64,000 nt of DNA. Source: Planctomycetota bacterium. GTDB lineage: Bacteria > Planctomycetota > UBA8108 > SXIK01. Position numbers and translations under genes: made by a program. The notes beneath the pieces were generated by a model. The model saw only the letters and a program-made list of their open reading frames with translations. It was not told the origin of the DNA and searched no databases. The DNA lies in assembly GCA_965223845.1 (NCBI GenBank), contig CBDCXR010000004.1, forward strand, positions 864,001 through 928,000. Direction: 5' to 3'. Shown here piece by piece: positions 38,317-48,454 of the stretch (its first letter is position 1; every line of letters starts with the position of its first letter).

Positions 38317-39162
38317 ATGAAGAAACGAACCCTCATCGTCGCGGCGGTCCTGATGACCGCAGCGTTTCTCCCTGCGAACGAGCCGAACGGAGAACCGGAG
38401 GCTTCGCGTCCCGTCCGGATCGAGGCGTTCGAGGGGCTCATCGAGGCGAATCGCATCCTGAAGCTCGGATCGTCTGTCGACGGAGTGATCAGCGAAGTCC
38501 GGGTCGAGCGCGGAGATCTCGTCAAAGCCGGAGATGTGATCGCCCAGCTCGACACTCGCGTGGAGAAAGCCGAAGTGGCTCTCGCGAAGGCGCGCGCCGA
38601 GTCGGAAGGTGCCCTCAAGAAAAGGAAGGCGCGACTCGCATTCGGCCGGAGTAAGTACAAGAACGATCTCGAGCTCCACCGGACTGGGATTCTCTCGGAC
38701 GAACTGCTCGATCAAAGCCGCACCGAGCTCGCTCTCGCGGAGGCGGAGTTCATCGAAGCGGAGGAAACCGCACAGCTCGCTCAGCTCGCGTACAAGCAAG
38801 CGCTCGCCGCTCTCGAATTGCGCACGATTCGGAGTCCCGTCGACGCCGTCGTCGTCGAACGGTACCTCTCGCCCGGGGAGACGGTGACGCGTCAGTCGCA
38901 GTCGCACATCGTCCAGCTCGCCCAGGTCGATCCCCTCAAGGTGGAGATCATCCTTCCGGCGCTCATGTTCGGAAACGTCAAGGCCGGCGATCGAGCGACG
39001 GTCCGCACTCAGTTCGAGCCGAATCGCTCCTACCCGGCCGAAGTGGTTCAAGTCGACCGCGTCGTCGACGCTGCGAGTGGAACGTTCCGTGTTCGGCTTC
39101 GCATGGACAACCCGAACAACGAAGTGCCGTCCGGGCTCAAGTGCTCGGTGCTGCTCGACTGA
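38317..39162 (+). CDS. RND-type periplasmic adaptor (membrane fusion protein)
   Basis: N-terminal hydrophobic segment; VERGDLVKAGDVIAQLD, IRSPVDAVV, VVDAASGTF, SGLKC. Confidence 0.9.
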   Translation: MKKRTLIVAAVLMTAAFLPANEPNGEPEASRPVRIEAFEGLIEANRILKLGSSVDGVISEVRVERGDLVKAGDVIAQLDTRVEKAEVALAKARAESEGALKKRKARLAFGRSKYKNDLELHRTGILSDELLDQSRTELALAEAEFIEAEETAQLAQLAYKQALAALELRTIRSPVDAVVVERYLSPGETVTRQSQSHIVQLAQVDPLKVEIILPALMFGNVKAGDRATVRTQFEPNRSYPAEVVQVDRVVDAASGTFRVRLRMDNPNNEVPSGLKCSVLLD

Positions 39163-39167
39163 GCGGG

Positions 39168-40004
39168 TCAGTCGACCGGCGCCGATGCGGATTCCGCCTC
39201 ACTCGAGGGCGTCGGCGCCGGATGCTTCCCGTCGACATCGCGATCGGGATCCCGCTTCTCTTTGCGCTCGGCGAGAGTCGCGAGATGGAGTCGGGCCACG
39301 TGCCACATGTACCGGGGGCCGTAGCCGGCTCTCGGCGCCCAGCGATTGCGCGTCGCGCGGCGGAGGTGCGCTTTCGCCGCCGGAATACGGTTTTCCGTCG
39401 ACGCGAGGAGCCCGGCGTAGAGCTCGCCGTAGAAGCGCTGCTTCTCGCGTTCGGCCGGCGCGAGATCCGCCGCTTCGATCCCGCGGAGGAGTGCCTCCGC
39501 GCTGAGCTTACCCTGGAACATGCGGTACACCTCGGGTAGCGGTGCTCGATCGGGCTTCTCGTAGTCGATCAGGCGCTTCCGCGCCTTCTCGATTCCCTCC
39601 ACCCGCGCTTGCGCTAGAAAGCGCCAGATTCCGTTCTCGCGATCGACAGTGTCGAACTCGTGGTAGAGGCCGAACTGGGCGGCAGACTCTCGAAAGCGCT
39701 CGCAATAGTACTGGGCGATTCCCCGGCGCCAGTGAGATCGCGCGGCCGCGGGGCGGAGGCGCACCATCGCCTCGTAGTCGTCCAGCGCGGCGCGAAACTT
39801 GCCGGAGAAGAAGTGAACGTCGCCGCGTCGAGAGTAAAGATCGACGCGCTCGGGTTCGCGTTCTATCGCCGCGGAAAGGGCGGCGATGCGCTCGGCGAGC
39901 TGTGCCTTATCGACCGCGCTCGACGCGTCCGGCGGTGGACGATCCTCGGCGATCGCGGGAGCGGCGAGCGCACCCGCGAGGACCGCCGTGAAAATGTGTC
40001 GCAC
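39168..40004 (-). CDS. Exported TPR protein (NlpI-like)
   Basis: Signal peptide; YSRRGDVHF, WRRGIAQYY, ENGIW, FYGELY.GL, YMWHVARLH. Confidence 0.75.
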   Translation of the reverse strand: MRHIFTAVLAGALAAPAIAEDRPPPDASSAVDKAQLAERIAALSAAIEREPERVDLYSRRGDVHFFSGKFRAALDDYEAMVRLRPAAARSHWRRGIAQYYCERFRESAAQFGLYHEFDTVDRENGIWRFLAQARVEGIEKARKRLIDYEKPDRAPLPEVYRMFQGKLSAEALLRGIEAADLAPAEREKQRFYGELYAGLLASTENRIPAAKAHLRRATRNRWAPRAGYGPRYMWHVARLHLATLAERKEKRDPDRDVDGKHPAPTPSSEAESASAPVD

Positions 40005-40076
40005 ATTCGTCTCCTGTCGGATTTGCGCTGGGCTCTTTAGGGCGCTCTGCCCGTTCCCGCAACCGAACTGCAGACG

Positions 40077-41375
40077 TCAGGACTGCGACCGCTGAATCAG
40101 CATCCCCGCGGCGACGGTTTGGTTCGTGAACGGATCGATGAGCACGATACTCCCCGTTATGCGGTTCTTGCGATAAGAATCGACGAAGAGGGGAGAGGAG
40201 GCCCGGATCGACACGCGGCCGATTTCGTTGAGTCCGAGTTCGAGATCGCCCTCGACCTTGTGCGTCGTATTGATGTTCACCTTGTAGAGGACCTCGCGCA
40301 GTATGCACTGGACCTCTTTCGTCGTGTGGCGGAGGACGTACTTCTTCCCGACGTCGAGCTTTGCGCGCTCGGAGAACCAGCACACCATCGCCTCGAGGTC
40401 CTGCGTCGTCTCCGGCGAGTTGTGTGGCTTCACGATCATGTCGCCGCGGCTGATATCGAGCTCGTCGGTGAGCGTGATCGCTACGGACATCGGGGCGAAC
40501 GCCTCCTCGAGATCGTCCTCCAAGGAGTGGATTCCCTTCACGTGGGTCGTAAATCCCGAAGGAAGCACCATCACCTCGTCGCCGCGGCGAAAGACGCCGC
40601 CCGCGACGCGCCCCGCGAAGCCGCGGAAGTCGTGGTACTCGTCGGCGTGCGGGCGGATCACCCACTGCACGGGGAAGCGCGCGTCGACGTGCTTGTGCAC
40701 GCCGCCGACGTAGACGGTTTCGAGTGTGTAGAGAAGGGACGTGCCCTTGTACCAGGGCATGCGCTCCGATGTCTCGACGACGTTGTCACCGTGGAGCGCG
40801 CTGATCGGGATGAAGGTGATGCCGGGGATGTCGAGCCGTGAGACCCACTCTTTGTAGTCGGCAACGATGCGATCGAACACCTCCTCGTCGAAGTCGACGA
40901 GATCCATCTTATTCACGCACACGATCACGTGCGGAATGCCGAGGAGGTGCGCGATGAACGAGTGGCGCTTCGTCTGCTCGAGGATGCCCTTTCGGGCGTC
41001 GACGAGGATGATCGCGAGATCGGCCGTCGAGGCGCCCGTCACCATGTTGCGAGTGTATTGCTCGTGGCCGGGAGTGTCCGCGATGATGAACTTCCGACGC
41101 GGCGTCGCGAAGTAGCGGTAGGCGACGTCGATGGTGATCCCCTGCTCCCTCTCCGCGCGCAGCCCGTCGGTGAGGAGAGCGAGATTGACGTGCTCATCGC
41201 CGCGCTGCGAGCTCGAGCGCTCGATGGCTTCGAGCTGATCCTCGAAGATCTGCTTCGAGTCGTAGAGGAGCCGTCCGATGAGCGTGCTCTTTCCGTCGTC
41301 GACGCTCCCCGCCGTGGTGAAGCGGAGGAGGTCCATGTCGAGGTAGCTTTGGCTGGTTTCGTCGGCTGCAGTCAT
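40077..41375 (-). CDS. cysN: Sulfate adenylyltransferase subunit 1 (GTPase)
   Basis: GSVDDGKSTLIGRL, EREQGITIDVAYRYF, DTPGH, NKMD; no fused APS kinase domain. Confidence 0.96.
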   Translation of the reverse strand: MTAADETSQSYLDMDLLRFTTAGSVDDGKSTLIGRLLYDSKQIFEDQLEAIERSSSQRGDEHVNLALLTDGLRAEREQGITIDVAYRYFATPRRKFIIADTPGHEQYTRNMVTGASTADLAIILVDARKGILEQTKRHSFIAHLLGIPHVIVCVNKMDLVDFDEEVFDRIVADYKEWVSRLDIPGITFIPISALHGDNVVETSERMPWYKGTSLLYTLETVYVGGVHKHVDARFPVQWVIRPHADEYHDFRGFAGRVAGGVFRRGDEVMVLPSGFTTHVKGIHSLEDDLEEAFAPMSVAITLTDELDISRGDMIVKPHNSPETTQDLEAMVCWFSERAKLDVGKKYVLRHTTKEVQCILREVLYKVNINTTHKVEGDLELGLNEIGRVSIRASSPLFVDSYRKNRITGSIVLIDPFTNQTVAAGMLIQRSQS

Positions 41376-41398
41376 CGTGGCGTCAACTTTCGGCGCGC

Positions 41399-42304
41399 TC
41401 AAAAATAGCCTTCCTTTTTTCGATCCTCCATCGCGGTCTCCGACCGCTTGTCGTCGGCTCGACCTCCCCGCTCCGTGACGCGAGCGGCCGCGATCTCGCG
41501 GATGATGTCTTGAACCGACTGCGCGTCCGACTCGACCGCTCCGGTGCACGTCATGTCACCGATCGTGCGGAACCGGATCGTGCGCCGCGTGACCTCCTCA
41601 CCGTTCCTAAGCTGAATGTACGGCGAATTCGCCAGCAGCGTGCCGCCGCGGTCGACGACGTCTCGCTCGTGCGCGAAGTAGATCTCGGGAATGTCGAGCT
41701 TCTCGAGCGCGATGTACTGCCACACGTCCATCTCCGTCCAGTTGCTGAGCGGAAACACGCGGAAGTGCTCACCGATCTGCTTTCGGCCGTTGAAGAGATT
41801 CCACAGCTCTGGCCGCTGATTCTTCGGGTCCCACTGGCCGAATTCGTCGCGCGCCGAAAAGAACCGCTCTTTCGCGCGAGCCTTTTCCTCGTCGCGTCGC
41901 GCCCCGCCGAGCGCGGCGTCGAACTGGAACTCTTCGATCGCGTCGAGGAGCGTCGTCGTCTGGAGTCGATTGCGGCTCGCGTTCGGGCCGCGTTCCTCGG
42001 CGACTCGGCCGCGATCGATCGACTCCTGCACGGTGCGCACGACGAGGTTCGCGCCGATGTCCGCCGCCAGGCGATTCCGAAACTCGAGCGTCTCCGGGAA
42101 GTTGTGGCCCGTGTCGACGTGAAGAAGCGGGAAGGGAAGACGGGCCGGCCAGAACGCCTTCTGCGCGAGCCGGACCATCACGATCGAGTCCTTGCCGCCC
42201 GAGAACATCAGCGTGGGTTTCTCGAACTGGGCGGCCGTCTCGCGGATGACGAAGATGGCCTCCGCCTCGAGATGCTGGAGGTGAGTGAGGTGATAAGCGG
42301 GCAT
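41399..42304 (-). CDS. cysD: Sulfate adenylyltransferase subunit 2
   Basis: FSGGKDS, GARRDEEKARAKER, WDPKNQRPELW, MEDRKKEGYF. Confidence 0.97.
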   Translation of the reverse strand: MPAYHLTHLQHLEAEAIFVIRETAAQFEKPTLMFSGGKDSIVMVRLAQKAFWPARLPFPLLHVDTGHNFPETLEFRNRLAADIGANLVVRTVQESIDRGRVAEERGPNASRNRLQTTTLLDAIEEFQFDAALGGARRDEEKARAKERFFSARDEFGQWDPKNQRPELWNLFNGRKQIGEHFRVFPLSNWTEMDVWQYIALEKLDIPEIYFAHERDVVDRGGTLLANSPYIQLRNGEEVTRRTIRFRTIGDMTCTGAVESDAQSVQDIIREIAAARVTERGGRADDKRSETAMEDRKKEGYF

Positions 42305-42425
42305 GGTCGAAGCGGCGGCTGGGATCCTGGTCGTAATGAGCTGGTCTTAATGAGGACGGGCGCGCTGTGGCCGCGCTCGCGACGCGCCGGCGGCGTTTTC
42401 TATGGATCGGCTGTTCGCGCGCGTT

Positions 42426-43034
42426 TCAGTGGGACTCCGTCGGACGGATCGTTCCGATGACGTGACGGTAGAGTCTCTCCAGCGAATCGGCCGGCGTTTC
42501 TTCCGCTGTGTGCAGAGTCAGCGCGTCGTCTTCCGGCGCGGGCGGCTCGAATCCCGAATCCTTTCCGGTAAAATTCGCGACCTTGCCCGCCGCCGCTTTC
42601 GCGTAGAGACCTTTTACGTCGCGCTCCGCGCAGACCTCGAACGGACAGTCGACGAAGATCTCCATGAAGTCTTCGCCGATCGTCTCGCGGGCGAGGCTCC
42701 GCATGGACCGAGATGGGGTGATGAACGACGCGAGCGTGACGATTCCGCACTCGACGAAGAGCTTGGCGACCTCTGCGACGCGCCGGATGTTCTCCCGACG
42801 GTCCTCGTCGGAGAACCCGAGGTTCGCATTGAGTCCCGTTCGCACGTTGTCGCCGTCGAGAAGCATCGTCGTCACTCCGTCGGAGTGAAGCTTCCTCTCG
42901 AGCGAGCATGCGAGTGTGCTCTTCCCGGAGCCGGAGAGTCCGTAAAGCCACACCACGGCGGCGTGCTGACCGAGTCGAGACTCTTTCTCAGCTCGTGTGA
43001 GGGTGCGATCGAAGATCGGGTAGAGATCGTTCAC
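42426..43034 (-). CDS. cysC: Adenylyl-sulfate kinase
   Basis: [35 protein letters not shown]. Confidence 0.96.
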   Translation of the reverse strand: MNDLYPIFDRTLTRAEKESRLGQHAAVVWLYGLSGSGKSTLACSLERKLHSDGVTTMLLDGDNVRTGLNANLGFSDEDRRENIRRVAEVAKLFVECGIVTLASFITPSRSMRSLARETIGEDFMEIFVDCPFEVCAERDVKGLYAKAAAGKVANFTGKDSGFEPPAPEDDALTLHTAEETPADSLERLYRHVIGTIRPTESH

Positions 43035-43510
43035 GAAGCTCGCGGTGGGGCAGCGGATTGGCGCTCGGGAATTCGGCGGCGTCGACGACGCCTCTTATCG
43101 GACGGCGTCGCCGAGCACAGAATCCCCCATCCAGCCACGGGCGAAGGGTGAAGTCAACGGCGGACGATCGGGGTACGCCGGAGGTGAACTCGGGGGACAC
43201 CAGGCCGCGGCGCGAGCCGGAATCCAGCGCGGGAGATCGGCTTCGTGTATACTCTTCGGAACCACTCGCGGGCGCGCCGGGGAGTCGACCCGCGGCGCGG
43301 AGAGGAGCCTCGGGCCGGCTGGCCCCCCGAGAATCGGCCGGAAGCCGCGGCGTTCGTCGTCCTGTGCCGCCGCCTCGACGAAAGCCCTCCGCGCGAGGGC
43401 CGTCGACTCTCCTCGCCGCGCCGTGGACGGTGAGTCCGCCCCGGGCCGCGATCGATGCCGGAAACTCCCCGCGCTGCGGGATCCGGCGAGAACGAACGAC
43501 CATAGCTTAC

Positions 43511-46500
43511 ATGTCTCGATTCAAGCACCAGAACCACCCGCTCGTCTCCCTCCTCGAGGAGCGCATCCTCGTCCTCGACGGCGCGACGGGGACGATGATC
43601 CAGTCCTACGGTCTCGGCGAGTCCGACTTTCGCGGCGAGCGCTTCGCCGAGCACACGACGGACCTTCAGGGGAACAACGATCTCCTGTGTCTCACCCGTC
43701 CCGACGTCGTCGAAGAGGTGCACCGCGCGTATCTGCGTGCGGGAGCGGATCTGATCTCGACGAACACCTTCAACGGCACTCGCATCTCGCAGGCCGACTA
43801 CGGTCTCGAGGAGGAAGCGTACGCGCTCAATCGAGCGGCGGCCGAGATCGCCCGCCGGGCGGTCGAGGCGGCAACCGCCGAGACTCCGCGGCAGCCGCGC
43901 TTCGTCGTCGGCGCGATGGGCCCGACGAATAAGACACTCTCGGTCTCTCCCGACGTAAATCGCCCGGGATACCGCGACGGCAGCTGGCAGGAGCTCGTCG
44001 ACGCATACGTCGAGCAGGCTCGCGGACTCCTCGACGGCGGTGTCGACGTCCTCATGGTCGAGACGGTATTCGATACTCTGAACGCGAAGGCGGCGCTCTT
44101 CGGACTCGCGAACCTACTCGCCGAGCGCGGCGAGTCCGTCCCGATCATGGTCTCCGGTACGATCGTCGACAAGAGCGGAAGAACGCTCTCGGGCCAGACG
44201 ACCGAAGCCTTCTGGACGTCGGTCGCGTCGTCGCGGCCCATCGCAGTCGGACTCAACTGCGCCCTCGGCGCCGATCTCCTCCGACCCTACGCGATGGAGC
44301 TGTCGCGCGTCGCGGACACCTTCGTCTCCTGCCACCCGAACGCCGGCCTCCCAAACGAGATGGGCGGGTACGACCAGAGCCCCGAGCACATGGCCGGGAT
44401 CCTCGAGGAGTTCGCGCGCGACGGGCTCCTCAATCTCGTCGGCGGATGCTGCGGGACGACTCCCGAGCACATCGCGGCGATTCGAGACGCAGTGTCGGCC
44501 TTCCCGCCGCGGCGCGTTCCCGATCGGTCCGTGTGCATGCGGCTGAGTGGACTCGAGCCCTTCTCGATCACGGAGCGGACGAATTTCGTCAACGTCGGCG
44601 AACGGACGAACATCGCGGGATCCCGTAAGTTCGCCAAGCTGATCCTCGCCGGGGACTACGAAAGCGCGGTTGAGATCGCCCGCGAGCAGGTCGAGAACGG
44701 CGCGCAGATCATCGATGTCAATATGGACGAGGGCCTCCTCGACGCCGTCGAGGCCATGCGGACCTTCCTCAATCTCATCGCTGTCGAGCCGGAGATCGCC
44801 CGTGTTCCGGTGATGATCGACTCCTCCGACTGGGCGGTCATCGAGGCCGGCCTCCAGTGCGTGCAGGGGAAGGCGATCGTCAACTCGATCAGCCTCAAGG
44901 AGGGCGCGGAGGAGTTCCGGCGGCGCGCGCGCGAAATCCTCGCCTTCGGCGCGGCGGTGGTCGTGATGGCGTTCGATGAGAAGGGACAGGCGGAGACCTG
45001 CGAGCGCAAGGTCGAGATCTGCACGCGCTCGTATCGCATCCTCGTCGACGAGGTGGGGTTTCCGCCGGAGGACATCATCTTCGATCCGAACATTCTGACC
45101 GTGGCGACCGGCATCGAAGAGCACAACCGGTTCGCCGTCCACTTCATCGAAGCGACGCGTGAGATCAAGCGCACGCTGCCCCACGCGCTCGTCTCCGGGG
45201 GTGTGAGCAACATCTCGTTTTCGTTTCGCGGGAACAACGTCGTTCGCGAGGCGATGCACTCCGCGTTCCTCTACCATGCGATCGCGGCCGGGCTCGATCT
45301 CGGAATCGTGAACGCCGGCCAGCTCGCGGTCTACGAGGAGCTGCCGGCGGATCTTCTGCAGCACGTCGAGGACGTTCTCTTCGATCGCCGCCCCGACGCC
45401 ACGGAGCGCCTCGTCGAGCTCGCGGAGACCGTGCGCGGGAATGGAAAGAAGGCCGTTGCCGACGAGAGCTGGCGCGAGGAGTCGGTGGAGGAACGGCTGA
45501 AGCACGCGCTGATCAAGGGGATCGTCGATCACATCGACGCCGACACGGAGGAGGCCCGCGTGAAGTACGGACGGCCTCTCGCCGTCATCGAGGGGCCGCT
45601 CATGGACGGGATGAACGTCGTCGGCGACCTCTTCGGCTCAGGCCAGATGTTTCTTCCGCAAGTGGTGAAGAGCGCGCGCGTCATGAAAAAGGCCGTCGCG
45701 TATCTCCTCCCCTACATGGAGGCGGAGAAGGAAGCCAGCGGCGTCGACAGCTCGGGCCGCGTGCTCCTCGCGACGGTGAAGGGGGATGTCCATGACATCG
45801 GGAAGAACATCGTCGGCGTCGTGCTTCAGTGCAACAACTACGAAGTGATCGACCTCGGCGTCATGGTGCCTGCCCACGAGATTCTGGCTGCGGCGAGAGA
45901 GCACCGGGCCGACGTCATCGGTCTCAGCGGGCTGATCACGCCGTCCCTCCACGAGATGGTGCACGTCGCTCGCGAGATGGAGCGCGAGTCGTTCCGAGCA
46001 CCGCTCCTCATCGGGGGCGCGACGACGTCGCGGACGCACACCGCGGTCAAGGTCGCACCGGAGTATTCGGCGGCAACCGTGTACGTCGTCGATGCCTCGC
46101 GCGCGGTGGGAGTCGTCGGCAATCTCCTCAGCGAAAACCTCCGCGATGGCTTCGTCGACCAGGTCGCACGCGAGTACGACAAGGTTCGCACAGACTACGC
46201 GCAGCGAGACGGTCCGAGTCTTCTTCCGCTCGAAGAAGCACGGCGGAACGCGTTCCAGCCCGATCGCGAGACCGCGGACGTCGTTCGACCGATGAAGCTC
46301 GGGGTGACGGTGCTCGACGACTACCCTCTCGCGGAGCTCGTCGAGCGAATCGATTGGAGTCCGTTCTTCACCGCCTGGGAGCTGCCGGGCAATTATCCGA
46401 AGGTGCTCGACGACCCGCGGCGAGGCGAGGAGGCGCGGAAGCTGTTTCGCGACGCGGAGGCGTTTCTCGAGCGCGTCGTCGCCGAGAGCTCGATCCGCGC

Positions 46501-47191
46501 ACGCGGCGTCGTCGGCCTCTTTCCCGCGAACTCGAGCGGGGACGACATCGAGATCTACGCGGATGAGGAGCGCTCGAGCCTTCTCGCTACGTTCCGAACC
46601 CTCCGGCAGCAGAAGCGGGTCGACGGGAAGCCGCGCTACGCCCTCGCCGATTTCGTTCTGCCGCCGTCGACGGGTTTCATCGATTACGTCGGCTGCTTCG
46701 CCGTGACGGCCGGCTGCGGCGTCGACGAGCTCGTCGCGTTCTACGAGCGCGATCACGACGATTACCACGCGATTCTCGTCAAGGCGATCGCCGACCGGCT
46801 CGCCGAGGCGTTCGCCGAACGGCTCCACGAGCGAGTTCGACGAGAGTTTTGGGGGTACGCTCGCGACGAGCGGCTCTCCAACGAGGATCTGATTCGCTGC
46901 CGCTATCGCGGAATTCGTCCAGCACCCGGCTACCCGGCCTGTCCCGACCACACCGAGAAGCGCGTCCTCTGGAACCTGATCGAAGTCGAGAAGCACACCG
47001 GAATCCGGCTCACCGAGAGCTGCGCGATGTTACCCGCCGCGTCGGTGAGCGGTCTCTACTTCGCGCACCCGGAAGCGCGTTACTTCGGCCTCGGCCGCAT
47101 CGGACGCGATCAGGTCGAAGACTACGCCGAGCGGAAGGGGATGAGCGTCGAAACGGTGGAGAACTGGCTCGCGCCTTCGCTCGCCTACTGA
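43511..47191 (+). CDS. metH: Cobalamin-dependent methionine synthase
   Basis: [45 protein letters not shown]; start trimmed to MSRFKH. Confidence 0.97.
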   Translation: MSRFKHQNHPLVSLLEERILVLDGATGTMIQSYGLGESDFRGERFAEHTTDLQGNNDLLCLTRPDVVEEVHRAYLRAGADLISTNTFNGTRISQADYGLEEEAYALNRAAAEIARRAVEAATAETPRQPRFVVGAMGPTNKTLSVSPDVNRPGYRDGSWQELVDAYVEQARGLLDGGVDVLMVETVFDTLNAKAALFGLANLLAERGESVPIMVSGTIVDKSGRTLSGQTTEAFWTSVASSRPIAVGLNCALGADLLRPYAMELSRVADTFVSCHPNAGLPNEMGGYDQSPEHMAGILEEFARDGLLNLVGGCCGTTPEHIAAIRDAVSAFPPRRVPDRSVCMRLSGLEPFSITERTNFVNVGERTNIAGSRKFAKLILAGDYESAVEIAREQVENGAQIIDVNMDEGLLDAVEAMRTFLNLIAVEPEIARVPVMIDSSDWAVIEAGLQCVQGKAIVNSISLKEGAEEFRRRAREILAFGAAVVVMAFDEKGQAETCERKVEICTRSYRILVDEVGFPPEDIIFDPNILTVATGIEEHNRFAVHFIEATREIKRTLPHALVSGGVSNISFSFRGNNVVREAMHSAFLYHAIAAGLDLGIVNAGQLAVYEELPADLLQHVEDVLFDRRPDATERLVELAETVRGNGKKAVADESWREESVEERLKHALIKGIVDHIDADTEEARVKYGRPLAVIEGPLMDGMNVVGDLFGSGQMFLPQVVKSARVMKKAVAYLLPYMEAEKEASGVDSSGRVLLATVKGDVHDIGKNIVGVVLQCNNYEVIDLGVMVPAHEILAAAREHRADVIGLSGLITPSLHEMVHVAREMERESFRAPLLIGGATTSRTHTAVKVAPEYSAATVYVVDASRAVGVVGNLLSENLRDGFVDQVAREYDKVRTDYAQRDGPSLLPLEEARRNAFQPDRETADVVRPMKLGVTVLDDYPLAELVERIDWSPFFTAWELPGNYPKVLDDPRRGEEARKLFRDAEAFLERVVAESSIRARGVVGLFPANSSGDDIEIYADEERSSLLATFRTLRQQKRVDGKPRYALADFVLPPSTGFIDYVGCFAVTAGCGVDELVAFYERDHDDYHAILVKAIADRLAEAFAERLHERVRREFWGYARDERLSNEDLIRCRYRGIRPAPGYPACPDHTEKRVLWNLIEVEKHTGIRLTESCAMLPAASVSGLYFAHPEARYFGLGRIGRDQVEDYAERKGMSVETVENWLAPSLAY

Positions 47192-47193
47192 GC

Positions 47194-47233
47194 GAAGCCC
47201 TCCCCCGTGGAGATCGGCCCGGAGGAGGGCTTC
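47194..47233. terminator. Hairpin between convergent genes
   Basis: GAAGCCCTCC (47194-47203) pairs with GGAGGGCTTC (47224-47233); no U-tract. Confidence 0.45.
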
Positions 47234-47292
47234 CGCGTGAGCGCCGAATCGGTGCCCCGGCCTAGCCCCAAGGCGCACAGACCGAGTCGGCG

Positions 47293-48273
47293 CTAACTCC
47301 GCACGCGCCAGACGTTGTTTTTCGGCGACTTCTGATCCGGAACCACCTCGAGGTTCACGGTCGCGGCCGCTCCGGCTTCGACCTTCACCTTGAGCAACAG
47401 GGGGCGCCGCTTTGTTCCCGGCGCGAGCGCTTCGTGCCAGAGCTCGAGGTCGTACTCGCCCGGCGGGACATTGACGAGACGATAGCTCCCGACCGCGTCC
47501 GTAACGTCGAACAGGTCGTGATCGAACACCTGGACGTGACCCGTCATCCACGGATGGATGTCGCACTTGAGGAGCGCCCACCCGGGCTTGCGCACGCCGC
47601 CGGTGATCTTGCCGCCGGCGCGGATCGCGTTGTTGAAGGGACGCTTCCACGTCGGGAAAACGGAGCGCGCGTTGTGGAGCATGGGGTCGCCGTTTGTGAT
47701 CTCGATCGTCGACCCTACGGTCGTCGCGACGACGTGAGGTTTGAACACGCAGTCCTTATTGTCGATGACGACCTTGCGCGGCTTCGCCTTCTCGGGCGGC
47801 TTATAGCCCGCGACGGCGATGACGACGTTCTTGAGCTCGCTCGCCTTCGAAACGAGAACTCTCTCGTCCTTCGCCTTCGGTCCGCAGTGCGCGTGATCCT
47901 TCTCGGGAATGAGCGGCAGCGGTCGTCGCGGCGGGGGTTCGCCGGCGAGAAAGACTTTTCCCGCGATCGCCCCCAGCTTCGGGTCCTGAGGCGGGTAGAT
48001 CTTCTTGAGCTTCGCTTCCGCGTCCGAGATCGCCTTCTCTGCCTCCGGAGGCGTGGTCTTCTCCCCGGAATCGACCGTCTTCTTCGATTTCTCGCCGTCG
48101 TCCACGACGCGGAGACCGGACGGTGGGGACGGCGGGGTCTTGTCGGCGTCCTGCGCTGCTGCGTTCACCGGATCGCCGTCCGGCACCGGAGGATTCGCGG
48201 AGGATATGGAGGCGACCGAGATCGTCGCGATCGCGGTGCCGACGAGAACGATGCCGACGAGTGTGAGCTTCAC
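47293..48273 (-). CDS. Exported cupredoxin-like / carboxypeptidase-regulatory-like domain protein
   Basis: AAGGAG RBS and GTG start; CVFKPHV, NGDPMLHN, KCDIHPWM, VPPGEY..ELWHE. Confidence 0.75.
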   Translation of the reverse strand: MKLTLVGIVLVGTAIATISVASISSANPPVPDGDPVNAAAQDADKTPPSPPSGLRVVDDGEKSKKTVDSGEKTTPPEAEKAISDAEAKLKKIYPPQDPKLGAIAGKVFLAGEPPPRRPLPLIPEKDHAHCGPKAKDERVLVSKASELKNVVIAVAGYKPPEKAKPRKVVIDNKDCVFKPHVVATTVGSTIEITNGDPMLHNARSVFPTWKRPFNNAIRAGGKITGGVRKPGWALLKCDIHPWMTGHVQVFDHDLFDVTDAVGSYRLVNVPPGEYDLELWHEALAPGTKRRPLLLKVKVEAGAAATVNLEVVPDQKSPKNNVWRVRS

Positions 48274-48454
48274 TGAGATCTCCTTCGAAAGTCTGGCTGC
48301 ACCCTTCGCCTCGAGGGGACGAACCGTTGGACGACGGCGGAGCGGCGATGATTCACCGCGGAGACCGTGCGGCCGAATCGGCCGTCTCATGGCGGCATAA
48401 ACCAGCTATTTTACCACAGTTCGAAATCCTCCTCCACGGCGTGAGCGGGGCGCG

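Noticed and set aside
33930-39051. Long minus-strand ORFs (658 aa and 613 aa) opposite the secretion operon
   Set aside because: Antisense shadows caused by codon bias; no recognisable domains.
43085-43330. SAM-I or SAH riboswitch between cysC and metH (CTCTTATC and GAGGAGC words)
   Set aside because: The remaining conserved cores and pairings were not found by eye. An Rfam scan would be decisive.
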